This document shows, piece by piece, positions 22,103-31,930 of a stretch of 64,000 nucleotides of DNA. The stretch spans positions 1-64,000 of the forward strand of contig CAVTWJ010000012.1 in NCBI GenBank assembly GCA_963738405.1, given 5' to 3'. The translations under genes and the position numbers were made by a program. A model generated the notes under the pieces. It was given only the letters and a program-made list of their open reading frames with translations. It searched no databases and was not told the origin of the DNA. The DNA is from a candidate division FCPU426 bacterium (GTDB lineage: Bacteria > Oederibacteriota > Muellerivitia > Muellerivitales > Muellerivitaceae). The stretch's first letter is position 1. Each line of letters begins with the position of its first letter.

Positions 22103-22762
22103 CTAAACCGCCTCTTGGTGCCGTAGATCCTTACCTTCCACCATGTAAATCACATCGGTGGCGATATTAGTGGCATGGTCGGCGATTCGCTCCAGATAGC
22201 GTGAAACCAGGATTAGATCGAGGGCCTGTTTGATCACGGCGCGGTTATCCAGCATGTAGGTGATGAGCACACGGATGAGCTGGTCGTTCAGGTTATCCAC
22301 CTCCTCGTCTCGAAGGCGCACCTTACGGGCCAAGGACGAATCACGATTCAACAGCGAATCCATGGAACCCTTAAGCATTTCCTGGGTGATCGCCACCAGG
22401 TGGGGGATATCCACGAAGGGTTTCAAGGGCTCGATTTCATTTAAGGTCAATGCCCGTTCGGCGATATTCACCGCCAAGTCGCCCATGCGTTCCAGGTTGG
22501 TATTAATTTTCATGCAGCTGGTGACGAAACGCATATCACCTGCCGTGGGTACGTAGAGAGCCAGCATCCGGTGGCAGGACTCGTCAATCTCAAGTTCTTT
22601 GTCATCGAGGTCACGGTCGCCCTGGATAACCCGGCGGGCCAGCTTGCTGTTGCGGTCCACCAGGGATTGGACGGAGAACTGGATAGATTGTTCCACCATG
22701 CCCCCCATCGTAATCAGGTTGGCTTTGAGTCCCGTAAGTTCTTCGTCAAAAGTCGTCGGCAT
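22103..22762 (-). CDS. phoU: Phosphate signalling protein PhoU
   Basis: LERMGDLAVNIA and LERIADHATNIA repeats. Confidence 0.96.
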   Translation of the reverse strand: MPTTFDEELTGLKANLITMGGMVEQSIQFSVQSLVDRNSKLARRVIQGDRDLDDKELEIDESCHRMLALYVPTAGDMRFVTSCMKINTNLERMGDLAVNIAERALTLNEIEPLKPFVDIPHLVAITQEMLKGSMDSLLNRDSSLARKVRLRDEEVDNLNDQLIRVLITYMLDNRAVIKQALDLILVSRYLERIADHATNIATDVIYMVEGKDLRHQEAV

Positions 22763-22928
22763 TCCATCCCCCTTTAGGTCGCATCTCGTCCTGCCAACAG
22801 TTTATGCCAAACGAAACAATCCAATGTTATTTCTAAGCAAAAGAAAGCTTGTTTCCGTCTTAATCTATATTGATTCTTACTCTCTGCTCCCTCTAATCTG
22901 GCCTATCAAACCGATAAAGGAGCACTGA

Positions 22929-23381
22929 ATGCCGCTACAAGAAGGCAGTCCCGCCCCCGACTTCAAGCTAAAATCCACCGATGGAAGCACCGTCGAATTG
23001 TCCCGTTTCAAAGGCAAGAAAAACGTCATTGTTTATTTTTACCCCAAAGACGACACGCCGGGATGCACTAAGGAAGCCTGCAATTTCAGGGACGACATTT
23101 CCCAAATGTTGGCAAAAGAGGCGGTGGTATTAGGCATTTCTACCGATAACCTGGAAAGTCATCATGCCTTTAGCATGAAGTTTCATTTGAATTTCCCGCT
23201 GTTAAGCGACCCGGACGGCGAGGTTTCCAAGGCCTATGACGCTTACAACGAAGAAAAGAAAATGAGCCGAAGGGTTTCGGCTATCATCGACAAAGAAGGC
23301 AGGATCAAGAAGTATTTCTCCACAGTGAACCCCGAAGTCCACAGTAAAGAGGTGCTCGGGATATTCAACACCACCTTTTAA
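22929..23381 (+). CDS. bcp: Peroxiredoxin, BCP/PrxQ family
   Basis: YFYPKDDTPGCTKEAC. Confidence 0.95.
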   Translation: MPLQEGSPAPDFKLKSTDGSTVELSRFKGKKNVIVYFYPKDDTPGCTKEACNFRDDISQMLAKEAVVLGISTDNLESHHAFSMKFHLNFPLLSDPDGEVSKAYDAYNEEKKMSRRVSAIIDKEGRIKKYFSTVNPEVHSKEVLGIFNTTF

Positions 23382-23489
23382 GCCCGTCGATTCAAAAATG
23401 AGCCTGGATTGCCTGCCGCCACGGCTCTATTAACTGGGCGCTATAATGGCCTTCGTCTTTTCCGTTACCGCATTCTTTTAGGAGGCCTC

Positions 23490-24602
23490 TTGAAATTTCC
23501 TATCCTGCCTTTTGTGGTTGTGCTTGCGATGGGGAGCTTCACCCCGGAATCTTCTTTGGGCTTTGACAACCAACCGCCCACCACCATGGTCAAAATGGTA
23601 CTCCGGGATATTTCCCACTACGCCAAAAACAACAAGTTCCTCTCTCAACCCAAAATCTTTTACCGTTCGGGCCTTCTCTATTCCCGCCTGGAATACGCCT
23701 TGGACCGCGAACGGAACCAGCAAATGATGGTGGTGGGGCATGAGCCCGACATCTACACCATCGACCGGGTGGCCAAGACCGCCAAGGCCATGAAAGACCC
23801 GGAGGGGGCTTTCCACTGGCCCATCTGGTCTTACGGGGAAGTGCCCGAATCTTTGGAGCGCCTGGAATATGGGATGGAATTCGATTTTTTCAAGAAGGTC
23901 AAGGCCCCTCAGAGCGGACCGGTAACCCTCGAAAAGATTCCCTGTGACCGCTACACCTTTAAAAAAGGAATTTACGAGGCCGATCTATTTACCAAGTTGG
24001 GAACCCAGACCCCGGTGGAGATCCGCATTACCAAGGGCGGCCGGGATGAGATGGACGACTTTTACGATGACTACGAGGCCAACCTGCCATTCGACCCCTC
24101 GCTTTTCAAGGTGCCTGAGGGCATCCAGATCGCTAAGGACCCGGAAGACCAGGTCGCGGACTGGAAAGATTTTTCACCCCCGGGAGGGGACTGCGCCCTG
24201 AAGATGCCGGGAACGCCGAAGCAACCCGACCCCAAGATGCCCCTGTGGGAATCCGACGACGCCGACCAAAATAATTACGCCGTCAGTTACTACGATGCGG
24301 ACAAACCGGTCACCAACATTCAAGTTTTTTTCAACGGGGTGATGGCCGACCAGGCACTGTCCATGAAGTTGAAGGCATCCGACATGAAGCGCCTGACCTA
24401 TCAGGGTTATCCCGCCTTTGAATTTCGGTTGTCCGGAGGTAATGGAGCCGATTTGCGGATTCGCTTTTGCCTGGCGAAGACCCGGCTTTACGCCTTGAAC
24501 CTGACGGTCAACACCGAGGACGACCCGAACAAGACCGTTCAACTGCACATCGACCCGGTTCAAAGGGCCCAGGATTTTTTCGCGACGCTGAGGATCAAGT
24601 AA
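23490..24602 (+). CDS. Exported hypothetical protein (two domains)
   Basis: TTG at 23490 after AGGAGG; hydrophobic N-terminus; FDPSLFKVPEG linker motif. Confidence 0.7.
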   Translation: MKFPILPFVVVLAMGSFTPESSLGFDNQPPTTMVKMVLRDISHYAKNNKFLSQPKIFYRSGLLYSRLEYALDRERNQQMMVVGHEPDIYTIDRVAKTAKAMKDPEGAFHWPIWSYGEVPESLERLEYGMEFDFFKKVKAPQSGPVTLEKIPCDRYTFKKGIYEADLFTKLGTQTPVEIRITKGGRDEMDDFYDDYEANLPFDPSLFKVPEGIQIAKDPEDQVADWKDFSPPGGDCALKMPGTPKQPDPKMPLWESDDADQNNYAVSYYDADKPVTNIQVFFNGVMADQALSMKLKASDMKRLTYQGYPAFEFRLSGGNGADLRIRFCLAKTRLYALNLTVNTEDDPNKTVQLHIDPVQRAQDFFATLRIK

Positions 24603-24711
24603 AAGAGTTGGCCTGTTACCATTTTCCTTAATATCACCCCCTAAAGGGGCCCTGAATTCATGAACCCTCTTTCGCCAGGAGAGGTAAAATAGACTTGTAG
24701 GAAGGCTCTCA

Positions 24712-25074
24712 GGTGGCGCCCTTCGAGGCGTGGCGGGGACTGGGGTCCCAAACCGATCAAGAGCCGGGTCGACAAAAGCCGGAAGGCTGGTAAGGGTTTC
24801 GGGCTGGCACCCTTGAGGGGCGCATCGGGAACTGAGGTTCCAAAAAGCGGGAAACCCGGCCTGGTACAACCGGTGAGTGGCTGGCGCAGAGTAGGTGCTG
24901 TAGCGTTAGTGTCGGGTTGTAAGGCAGGTGGAGTTAGTACAATCGTCGGAAGGGTTCAAGGGTTGCGCCGGACGGCGCGGGGCAGAGGCCCAAAACCAAT
25001 TTGGAATCCTGCTGAAGATATTGCTAGTGAAGTTTAAGCAGGTCGCAGTGGCTTGACGCCCTGGGGCGCCTACC
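24712..25074 (+). ncRNA. Large highly structured non-coding RNA, ROOL-like, compact (~363 nt)
   Basis: Ends pair in a long helix (GGUGGCGCCCU/GGGGCGCCUACC, GGCGU/ACGCC, ACUG/CAGU); about 10 internal helices; no credible ORF; TAAAAT upstream and a terminator downstream; motifs recalled from ROOL RNA. Structured ncRNA ~0.85, ROOL identity ~0.6. Confidence 0.8.
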
Positions 25075-25095
25075 GGCCCCGGGGCTTTCTTTTTT
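25058..25095 (+). terminator. Intrinsic terminator overlapping the 3' end of the ncRNA
   Basis: GCCCTGGGGC-N8-GCCCCGGGGC followed by TTTCTTTTTT. Confidence 0.8.
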
Positions 25096-25261
25096 CGAAC
25101 CCCTAAACCGACAACTTTCCCCGAATGAACCCTAAAGTCCCAAAAGATGAACCGAAAAGTGAGTTACAGGGCTAAAATGCTTTGATAAAATACGAAACGG
25201 TGGGTTGATAAGGTTTTGACAGGGTAGTTCGTCTTTGTGCAAGAAATATTGAGGTTACTAG

Positions 25262-27067
25262 ATGCTTCAAGGCACGATCGACAAGTACAAACTCATCGAA
25301 ATTAAGGGAAGTGGGACCTTTGGTACGGTCTGGCTGGCCGAGGATACCTGGATCGGCAAAAAAGTCGCCATTAAGATTCCCCACAACCAAAAAGAAGAAT
25401 TCACCACCCTCATCGCCGAACCCAAGCTTTTAGCCTCCCTCGACCATCCCAACATCGTTCAGATCCTCACTGTGGATAAAGCCGAAAACATCTTTTTCAT
25501 GGTCATGGAATATGTGGACGGCAAAAACCTGGCCCAGCTGATTTCCGAAACCACCCTGACTTATAAAGAAGCGGTCGACATCATCATCCAGATCCTCGCG
25601 GCGCTCCAATACGCCCACGAGAAAAACGTGATCCACCGCGACTTGAAGCCCGGAAACATCCTCCTCACGGCTGAGCGCAAGGCGAAAATCACCGATTTCG
25701 GAACCGCCATGATCCAATCCGGAAAAAACGGCGCGGGGATCGGCGGGACCATCTACTACATGGCCAAGGAACAGGTCTTGGGCCATCCTACCCCGGCCTC
25801 AGATGTCTATTCAGTGGGCGTGATTCTTTATGAAATGGTTACTGGAAAACTTCCATTTTCCGATGAAGTGCCCATGGCGGTCTTAAACAAGATATTAAAA
25901 GACGAGGCCCCCGCACCCCACACCTTGAATTCCGCGATCCCCAAAGAACTGGAAGCGGTGATATTAAAAGCCCTTCAAAAAGAAATTTCGAAACGATATG
26001 GGTCCGCCAATGAAATGAAGCAGGATTTGGAAAAAATCCCATCCTCGGTTTTGACCTCGCTAATTCAAGTAGGGAACCAAAGCCAGGAACTATTAACCCA
26101 TACCATTCAGCAGGAGGCCGTGAAAAAGGCGCCTAAGGAAACGGGAGACATCAACACCCTGCGCTACCAGGGCTACCATTACAAACTGATCCGAACCATC
26201 GGCACCAGGGGAAAAGAAGAAGGCAATTTCATTTCGCCCATCGCGGTTGCGGTGGACGCTCAAAAACGTTCTTATGTCTGCGATTCTATGAAATGCAATG
26301 TGCAAGTATTCGATTTTGAGGGCAAGTTCCTTTACGGAGTGGGAAAATTTGGGAAAGATTCGAATGACCCCAAAGATGTCAATTTCCTCATGCCCATTTC
26401 CTTAAGCGTGGACCAGGGCGGGAATTTAGTGGTTCTGGACGCTAAAACCTGTACGGTCCAGATCATCGGGAAAATGGGACAATTGATCACTAAATTCGGC
26501 GAACCGGCCTCGCCCACCACCGGCAAGATTGAAATCGGAACCGGCGGTTTCTTCCACCCCCAGGCCCTCTGCCTGGACGATAAAGACAATATTTACGTTT
26601 CCGACACCGGCAACCACCGCATAAGGGTCTTCAACCCCGCGGGCAAGGTCATCAACAAATTCGGCATTCAGGGCGCCCGTTTGGGCGAATTCAACAGCCC
26701 CGCTGGGGTGACCATGGACTCTTCAGGGAACCTACTGGTGGTTGATGAAAAGAACTACCGGGTGCAGATTTTTTCAGCCCGGGGCGTTTTCAAGAACAAG
26801 TTCGGCAAACGGGGAACGGGCCGGGGCGAGTTTCAAGCTCCTGTGGGAGTCGCTACCGACACCAAACGCAATATTTTTGTGACCGACAGAGACCTTCGAA
26901 TCCAAATTTTTGACTCTGAGGGGTATTATTTAACCGACTTTGGAACACCCCAGGGCAATTACAAAATCGCCCCCAAGTACTACGGCTTGGCCACCGACAT
27001 TGAAAATAACCTCTACGTGACGGATATCGCCAATTGTAGTCTCTTGATCTACGCCTTGAAGAAATGA
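25262..27067 (+). CDS. Hanks-type Ser/Thr kinase fused to an NHL-repeat propeller
   Basis: GSGTFG, VAIK, HRDLKPGN, DFG, DVYSVG; C-terminal NHL repeats; no TM segment. Confidence 0.93.
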   Translation: MLQGTIDKYKLIEIKGSGTFGTVWLAEDTWIGKKVAIKIPHNQKEEFTTLIAEPKLLASLDHPNIVQILTVDKAENIFFMVMEYVDGKNLAQLISETTLTYKEAVDIIIQILAALQYAHEKNVIHRDLKPGNILLTAERKAKITDFGTAMIQSGKNGAGIGGTIYYMAKEQVLGHPTPASDVYSVGVILYEMVTGKLPFSDEVPMAVLNKILKDEAPAPHTLNSAIPKELEAVILKALQKEISKRYGSANEMKQDLEKIPSSVLTSLIQVGNQSQELLTHTIQQEAVKKAPKETGDINTLRYQGYHYKLIRTIGTRGKEEGNFISPIAVAVDAQKRSYVCDSMKCNVQVFDFEGKFLYGVGKFGKDSNDPKDVNFLMPISLSVDQGGNLVVLDAKTCTVQIIGKMGQLITKFGEPASPTTGKIEIGTGGFFHPQALCLDDKDNIYVSDTGNHRIRVFNPAGKVINKFGIQGARLGEFNSPAGVTMDSSGNLLVVDEKNYRVQIFSARGVFKNKFGKRGTGRGEFQAPVGVATDTKRNIFVTDRDLRIQIFDSEGYYLTDFGTPQGNYKIAPKYYGLATDIENNLYVTDIANCSLLIYALKK

Positions 27068-27071
27068 GGAT

Positions 27072-28640
27072 TTGATGAGCACGCCGCTTCCCAACGATGC
27101 CATACCGCCGGGACGCATTGTTCTGACACCGCCTAAATCCTCCGGCAAGCCCCAAATCACCCTTTCTGTATTGGCGGGGCCCGAGCAGGGCTCGGTTTTT
27201 AAGATCAACCGGCCCACCACCACCATGGGACGTTCCAATACCTGTGAAATTGTTATCTCGGACCCTCTCGTTTCGCGCCAGCATTGCCAAATATTACTGG
27301 GAATGGGTGGAATTAGCCTAAGGGATTTGGGAAGTACCAATGGCACCTTTTTGAACGGCCAAAGGGTCACCGAAAACCCTCTTCGCAATCAGGATGTGAT
27401 TTCGGCAGGCGGCACCAGGATTCGCTTCGCCTTGGAATTGGGGAAGGCAGAGGGTGACGAACGGGCGCTCAAGATTGACGAACTGGCGCACAAAAAGCTC
27501 CTTACGCTTTATGAGGTGGGAAACATCGTCAATTCGGTTCTCGAACTCAAAACCCTGCTTTCCATCATCATGGCCATGGCCATCAAGGTGATGCAGGCCA
27601 ACCGGGGCTTCCTGCTGCTTCGAGAAAAAGGGGGGCAGCTGGTGCCTGTCGCAACGCATGCCCTCACTTCCGCTGAGGCTACCGCGCCCTATAGCCAAAC
27701 CATCGTCGATACCGTTCTCAAGGAAAGAGTGCCAGTACTAGTGCTGGACGCCTCCCATGACGTTCGTTTTTCAGCTCGTGAAAGCCTAAAGGCGCTTCCT
27801 CTGTCTTCCGTCATCTGCGTACCCATCTGGGATAGGGACACCATTGTGGGGGTCATTTATGTGGACAAGGCCGAGGGAACGGCCACCTTCAATGAAGAAG
27901 ACATGTATTTCCTTTCCGCCTTCGCCAATCAGGCTGCGGTGGCCATTACCAACGCGAAGTTGTTTGACGACGTAAGGCGCGAGGAACGCATGAGAACTTC
28001 CTTGCAAAGGTTTATGTCACCTAACCTGGTGGATGAGATGGTTCAAAAGGGGACCATGAACCTGGCACTGGGAGGCGTAAAAAAGAAAATCGCTGTGCTT
28101 TTCTGCGACATTCGTGGATTTACCCCGATGGCTGAAAAAGAACCCGTGGAAACAGTCGTGGGTCTTTTAAACGAGTATTTCAGTACCATGTCCGAAGCCA
28201 TCTTCGCCAACCAGGGAACACTGGATAAGTTTATCGGCGACGCCATCATGGCCATCTACGGTGCTCCCTTGGAATTGACCAACAGCTCCCTGAAGGCTGT
28301 GAAAAGCGCCCTTGAGATGCGTGCTCGACTTTCCCAACTGAATGAAAAATGGAAAAAAGAAGGCAAACCCCAGCTGGAAGTGGGATTTGGCATTAACACA
28401 GGCGAGGCCATTGTCGGAAATATCGGAAGCGAACGCCGCATGGAATATACGGCCATCGGCGACATGGTGAACGTTGCTTCCCGGGTTGAAGGCGAGACCG
28501 AGCATAACCAAATTTTCATCACCGAAGCGACCCTTGCCGATTTGGAGGGCAAGGCAGAGGTGAAAAAACTTTCCCCGGTCCAACTGAAGGGTAAAAGTTC
28601 CAAGGTGCAGATTTACGAAGTGCTTTCCCTGAAAGATTAA
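27072..28640 (+). CDS. FHA-GAF-class III adenylate cyclase
   Basis: FHA (GR, VSRQH, DLGSTNGT); GAF; FCDIRGFT, DKFIGDA, YTAIGDMVNVASR. Confidence 0.93.
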   Translation: MMSTPLPNDAIPPGRIVLTPPKSSGKPQITLSVLAGPEQGSVFKINRPTTTMGRSNTCEIVISDPLVSRQHCQILLGMGGISLRDLGSTNGTFLNGQRVTENPLRNQDVISAGGTRIRFALELGKAEGDERALKIDELAHKKLLTLYEVGNIVNSVLELKTLLSIIMAMAIKVMQANRGFLLLREKGGQLVPVATHALTSAEATAPYSQTIVDTVLKERVPVLVLDASHDVRFSARESLKALPLSSVICVPIWDRDTIVGVIYVDKAEGTATFNEEDMYFLSAFANQAAVAITNAKLFDDVRREERMRTSLQRFMSPNLVDEMVQKGTMNLALGGVKKKIAVLFCDIRGFTPMAEKEPVETVVGLLNEYFSTMSEAIFANQGTLDKFIGDAIMAIYGAPLELTNSSLKAVKSALEMRARLSQLNEKWKKEGKPQLEVGFGINTGEAIVGNIGSERRMEYTAIGDMVNVASRVEGETEHNQIFITEATLADLEGKAEVKKLSPVQLKGKSSKVQIYEVLSLKD

Positions 28641-28725
28641 TCTCGGCTTTCTGTGACGCCAGCCCCTTCGCTTCCTGCCTTTTTCGAAAATAACTTAATG
28701 GATCATTGGATTCTTATCCCCGACC

Positions 28726-30555
28726 ATGAATAATAAACTCATGAATAAAATCAAGGCGCTCAACGAGAAGGTCATCAACCAGATCGCGGCCGGGGAAGTG
28801 GTGGAACGACCCGCCTCGGTGGTTAAGGAACTGGTCGAAAACGCCCTGGACGCTGGGGCTTCCTGGGTTGAGGTTGAAATTGAGGGAGGAGGACTCCAAC
28901 TCATTAAGGTTTCCGATGATGGGGAAGGGATGAACGGGGAGGACGCCCGCCTTTCGGTTCGAAAGCACACCACCAGCAAAATTCAATCGGTTGAGGATCT
29001 TTCCCAATTGAACAGCTTCGGTTTCAGGGGCGAGGCTCTAGCCTCGATTGCTTCCGTTTCTCATTTCGAGATGAAAACCCGTTTAAAAGGGGCCCTTTCC
29101 GGTACCCAAGTCCGCATGAAGGGCGGGGGAGAAATAAATGTTACGGAAGCCGGACGGCCTGAGGGCACGACCCTTTCTATTTTCAACCTCTTCTACAACA
29201 CCCCCGCCCGCCTAAAATTCATGAAAAAACAGTCCACCGAGGAAAACCACATTCTTCTGGTGATGACGACCTACGCCCTAGCCTATCCCCGAATGGGCTT
29301 CAAATTGACCCTAGACGGCAAAACAGTTTTCAATACAACCCCCGCATCCTTCGAAACCCGGCTTCTTCAAATTTACGGCAAGGACTTGGCAGGCTCTTTA
29401 CTGCCGGTTAAGTGGAAGGGCGGTGATATCCATATTACCGGCGCCGTGAGCGCCCCTACTATTACCAAACCCACCCGTGAAAACATGCTCTTTTTCGTGA
29501 ATCGCCGGTGGATTTCAAATCCCTCCCTGGGCCATGCGGTCATGACGGGATTTCACACCCTGCTTCCCACCCGCCGTTTCCCCATTGCCATTATCCAAAT
29601 CGAAATGCCGCTGGATCAGGTGGACGTGAACGTGCACCCGACAAAAAAGGAAGTGAAATTCGCAAAGGACCGGGACATTTACGATTCAATCGTTCGGGCT
29701 ATTCGAGGCGCGCTTTTAACCACCCCCGAGGTGCAACAAATCGTCTCGCCTGCAGTGGCGCATGAAGTGGCCCCAGGCTGGGCACCCGCAGCCCCGAGTG
29801 AAATTTCTCAAACTCCCATGGTTTGGGAAAATTCAACACCGTCCGTCGAAACAAACCCGCTCTTGGGAGTGATTTCAGGCGGGTCACCCCCCTTGGGTCA
29901 TGCTTACACCCCCAGTGAGGCTTTTGGAAAGGGAACCCTTCAGGCAAGAAAGATTGATCCCTCCATTCCGCTTTATAACTTCTCTCAGCTTTTCAATACT
30001 TTCATTGTTTTTCAATCGGATTCCGAAATGTTTCTCGCTGACCAGCACACAGTCCACGAGCGCTTGAATTATGAGAAGCTGATGAAGGGCGTTCGGGAAA
30101 AGCGTCTCGAAATACAGCCTCTCCTGCTGCCGGTCACGGTGGAGCTGACTCCTAAGGAAGCCCTTTGGCTAAGGGACAAAATGGAGCTTTTGATGGAACT
30201 GGGTCTGGAAGTGGCGCCTTTTGGCGGAAATACCTTCATGATTCGTTCGGTCCCGGCAGATTTAGCGGGCAAAAATCTGGTGAATCTGTTGAAAGATTTG
30301 ATCGAGGATTTGGGTTCGAAGGACGCGGCGGGAACCGGCGGGTCCAACCGCCTGGAGCAGGTACGGGAACGTACTGCGACCTTTCTTTCCTGCCGAAGCT
30401 CGGTGATGGCGGGGGATCGCCTGAACGAGGATCAAATGAAAGGCTTGATTGAGCAGATGCGCCAGGCCCATTTACCCTTTACCTGTCCTCACGGAAGGCC
30501 CACGATTCTTTCCATTCCCCTTTCCGAACTTTATCGAAAATTCGACCGACATTAA
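28726..30555 (+). CDS. mutL: DNA mismatch repair endonuclease MutL
   Basis: NQIAAGEVVERP, GFRGEAL, DVNVHPTK, DQHxxHE, CPHGRP. Confidence 0.98.
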   Translation: MNNKLMNKIKALNEKVINQIAAGEVVERPASVVKELVENALDAGASWVEVEIEGGGLQLIKVSDDGEGMNGEDARLSVRKHTTSKIQSVEDLSQLNSFGFRGEALASIASVSHFEMKTRLKGALSGTQVRMKGGGEINVTEAGRPEGTTLSIFNLFYNTPARLKFMKKQSTEENHILLVMTTYALAYPRMGFKLTLDGKTVFNTTPASFETRLLQIYGKDLAGSLLPVKWKGGDIHITGAVSAPTITKPTRENMLFFVNRRWISNPSLGHAVMTGFHTLLPTRRFPIAIIQIEMPLDQVDVNVHPTKKEVKFAKDRDIYDSIVRAIRGALLTTPEVQQIVSPAVAHEVAPGWAPAAPSEISQTPMVWENSTPSVETNPLLGVISGGSPPLGHAYTPSEAFGKGTLQARKIDPSIPLYNFSQLFNTFIVFQSDSEMFLADQHTVHERLNYEKLMKGVREKRLEIQPLLLPVTVELTPKEALWLRDKMELLMELGLEVAPFGGNTFMIRSVPADLAGKNLVNLLKDLIEDLGSKDAAGTGGSNRLEQVRERTATFLSCRSSVMAGDRLNEDQMKGLIEQMRQAHLPFTCPHGRPTILSIPLSELYRKFDRH

Positions 30556-30566
30556 ACGAGGTCCAA

Positions 30567-31490
30567 ATGGAAGCACCCTGGCCCTGCTTGGTAGGGCCCA
30601 CCGGCGTTGGCAAATCTGAAATCGCCTACGAAATCGCCAAGAAACTAGGGTATGAAATCCTCTCCTGCGATGCCTTTCAAGTTTATAAAGAACTGGCGGT
30701 GGGAACCGCCCAGCCACCGCTGGAATGGCAAAAAATGGTGCCGCACCATCTGGTAGGTACACGAAACCCACGGGAAAATTGGTCGGCGGGGGATTTTGCC
30801 CGGGAGGCAGACGCAATACTCCGTGAAAAGCAAAAACAGGGAGTGGGCGTCATCCTCGTGGGCGGATCGGGTTTTTACCTGCGCGCGTTGATTACGGGAC
30901 CCCCAGTTGGTCCTCTTTCGAACCCCGCACTTCGAGAAAAAGTCCAAAAAAGGGTAGAGACTCTGGGTTTGGAAGGGGCCCACGGATGGCTCAAAACCCT
31001 AGACGTTGGGGCGGCTGACCGGATCCATGTGAATGACCGACAAAGGATCTGTCGGGCCTTGGAAAAGGCCTTAACGCCCAAACCGACGGCCGACTCTGAC
31101 GAACCCGCGCCCGTTTCCGCAGTCCTCTTGGGCGTCGAATGTGGCCGGGATCAATTAGATGTTCTTTTAATGCAAAGATGTCGAAAAATGTGGAAAGAGG
31201 GCCTGTTGGAGGAGGCTAAAAGTCTTCAATCTTTGGGGCTTCCTGCACAACATTCCGTTTGGAAAGCCATTGGATACCTGGAAGCCTTGGCCTTTTTGAA
31301 CCGGGAGTTATCCGAAGCCGAGGCATTAGAAAAAATGTTCCGGAGAACGCGCCAGTACGCCAAAAGGCAATGGACCTGGTTTCGCAACCAACATGAGGTT
31401 CAGTGGTTTCAGAAAAACCCGGAGGAACCCCCAAAGTCGCTCATTGAACAGCTGGCCCTGCAAATATCGCGGTTAAGGAGGGAGAAGTGA
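30567..31490 (+). CDS. miaA: tRNA dimethylallyltransferase
   Basis: GPTGVGKS, DAFQVY, GGSGFY, AIGY, TRQYAKRQWTW; follows mutL. Confidence 0.96.
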   Translation: MEAPWPCLVGPTGVGKSEIAYEIAKKLGYEILSCDAFQVYKELAVGTAQPPLEWQKMVPHHLVGTRNPRENWSAGDFAREADAILREKQKQGVGVILVGGSGFYLRALITGPPVGPLSNPALREKVQKRVETLGLEGAHGWLKTLDVGAADRIHVNDRQRICRALEKALTPKPTADSDEPAPVSAVLLGVECGRDQLDVLLMQRCRKMWKEGLLEEAKSLQSLGLPAQHSVWKAIGYLEALAFLNRELSEAEALEKMFRRTRQYAKRQWTWFRNQHEVQWFQKNPEEPPKSLIEQLALQISRLRREK

Positions 31491-31930
31491 ATCAAATCAG
31501 GATTCGGGTGGCCGGAATTCTTGTCCGGGATCAAAAAATTCTTCTTGTGCGCCATGAAAAAAACGGTCAAAGCTATTTTCTGTTGCCGGGCGGGGGAATG
31601 GAATTCGGAGAGACCGCGGAACAGGCCCTGATCCGTGAATTTAAGGAAGAGGTCGGGCTGGAGATTGAGGTGGGGCGGCTGGTGATGGTTCAGGATTCGA
31701 TTCCGCCAAATCTCCACCGGCAGGTACTCAATATGTATTTCCTTGTTTCCACATCCAGTTTTGATATCAAGGTCACACAAGACAAGGTTCTCAAAGGAGC
31801 TGATTTTTTCACTTTCGATGATTTTATGAACAAAAAGGTAAACCCCGATGTGAAAAAGGAAATTGTAGAGGGACTTAAAAACCAATGGCAGGGAAGCGCC
31901 CTTTATTTGGGAAACCGATGGGATGACTGA
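31487..31930 (+). CDS. Nudix hydrolase
   Basis: Nudix box GGMEFGETAEQALIREFKEEVG. Confidence 0.93.
   Translation: MNQIRIRVAGILVRDQKILLVRHEKNGQSYFLLPGGGMEFGETAEQALIREFKEEVGLEIEVGRLVMVQDSIPPNLHRQVLNMYFLVSTSSFDIKVTQDKVLKGADFFTFDDFMNKKVNPDVKKEIVEGLKNQWQGSALYLGNRWDD

Noticed and set aside
22791..22810. Sigma54-like promoter upstream of phoU
   Set aside because: The GG-N10-GC spacing is not met
24174..25037. ORFs 24174-24869 (-) and 24813-25037 (+)
   Set aside because: No recognisable protein features; they overlap a real gene antisense or the structured RNA
24712..25074. RNase P, tmRNA, SRP, 6S or group I intron as the identity of the ncRNA
   Set aside because: No GAGGAAAGUCC, no tRNA-like ends, no SRP domain IV motif, and too long and branched for 6S. 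GCGGGAAA and AAGAUAU superficially recall group I P and S elements, but there is no R element/P7 pairing and no host gene
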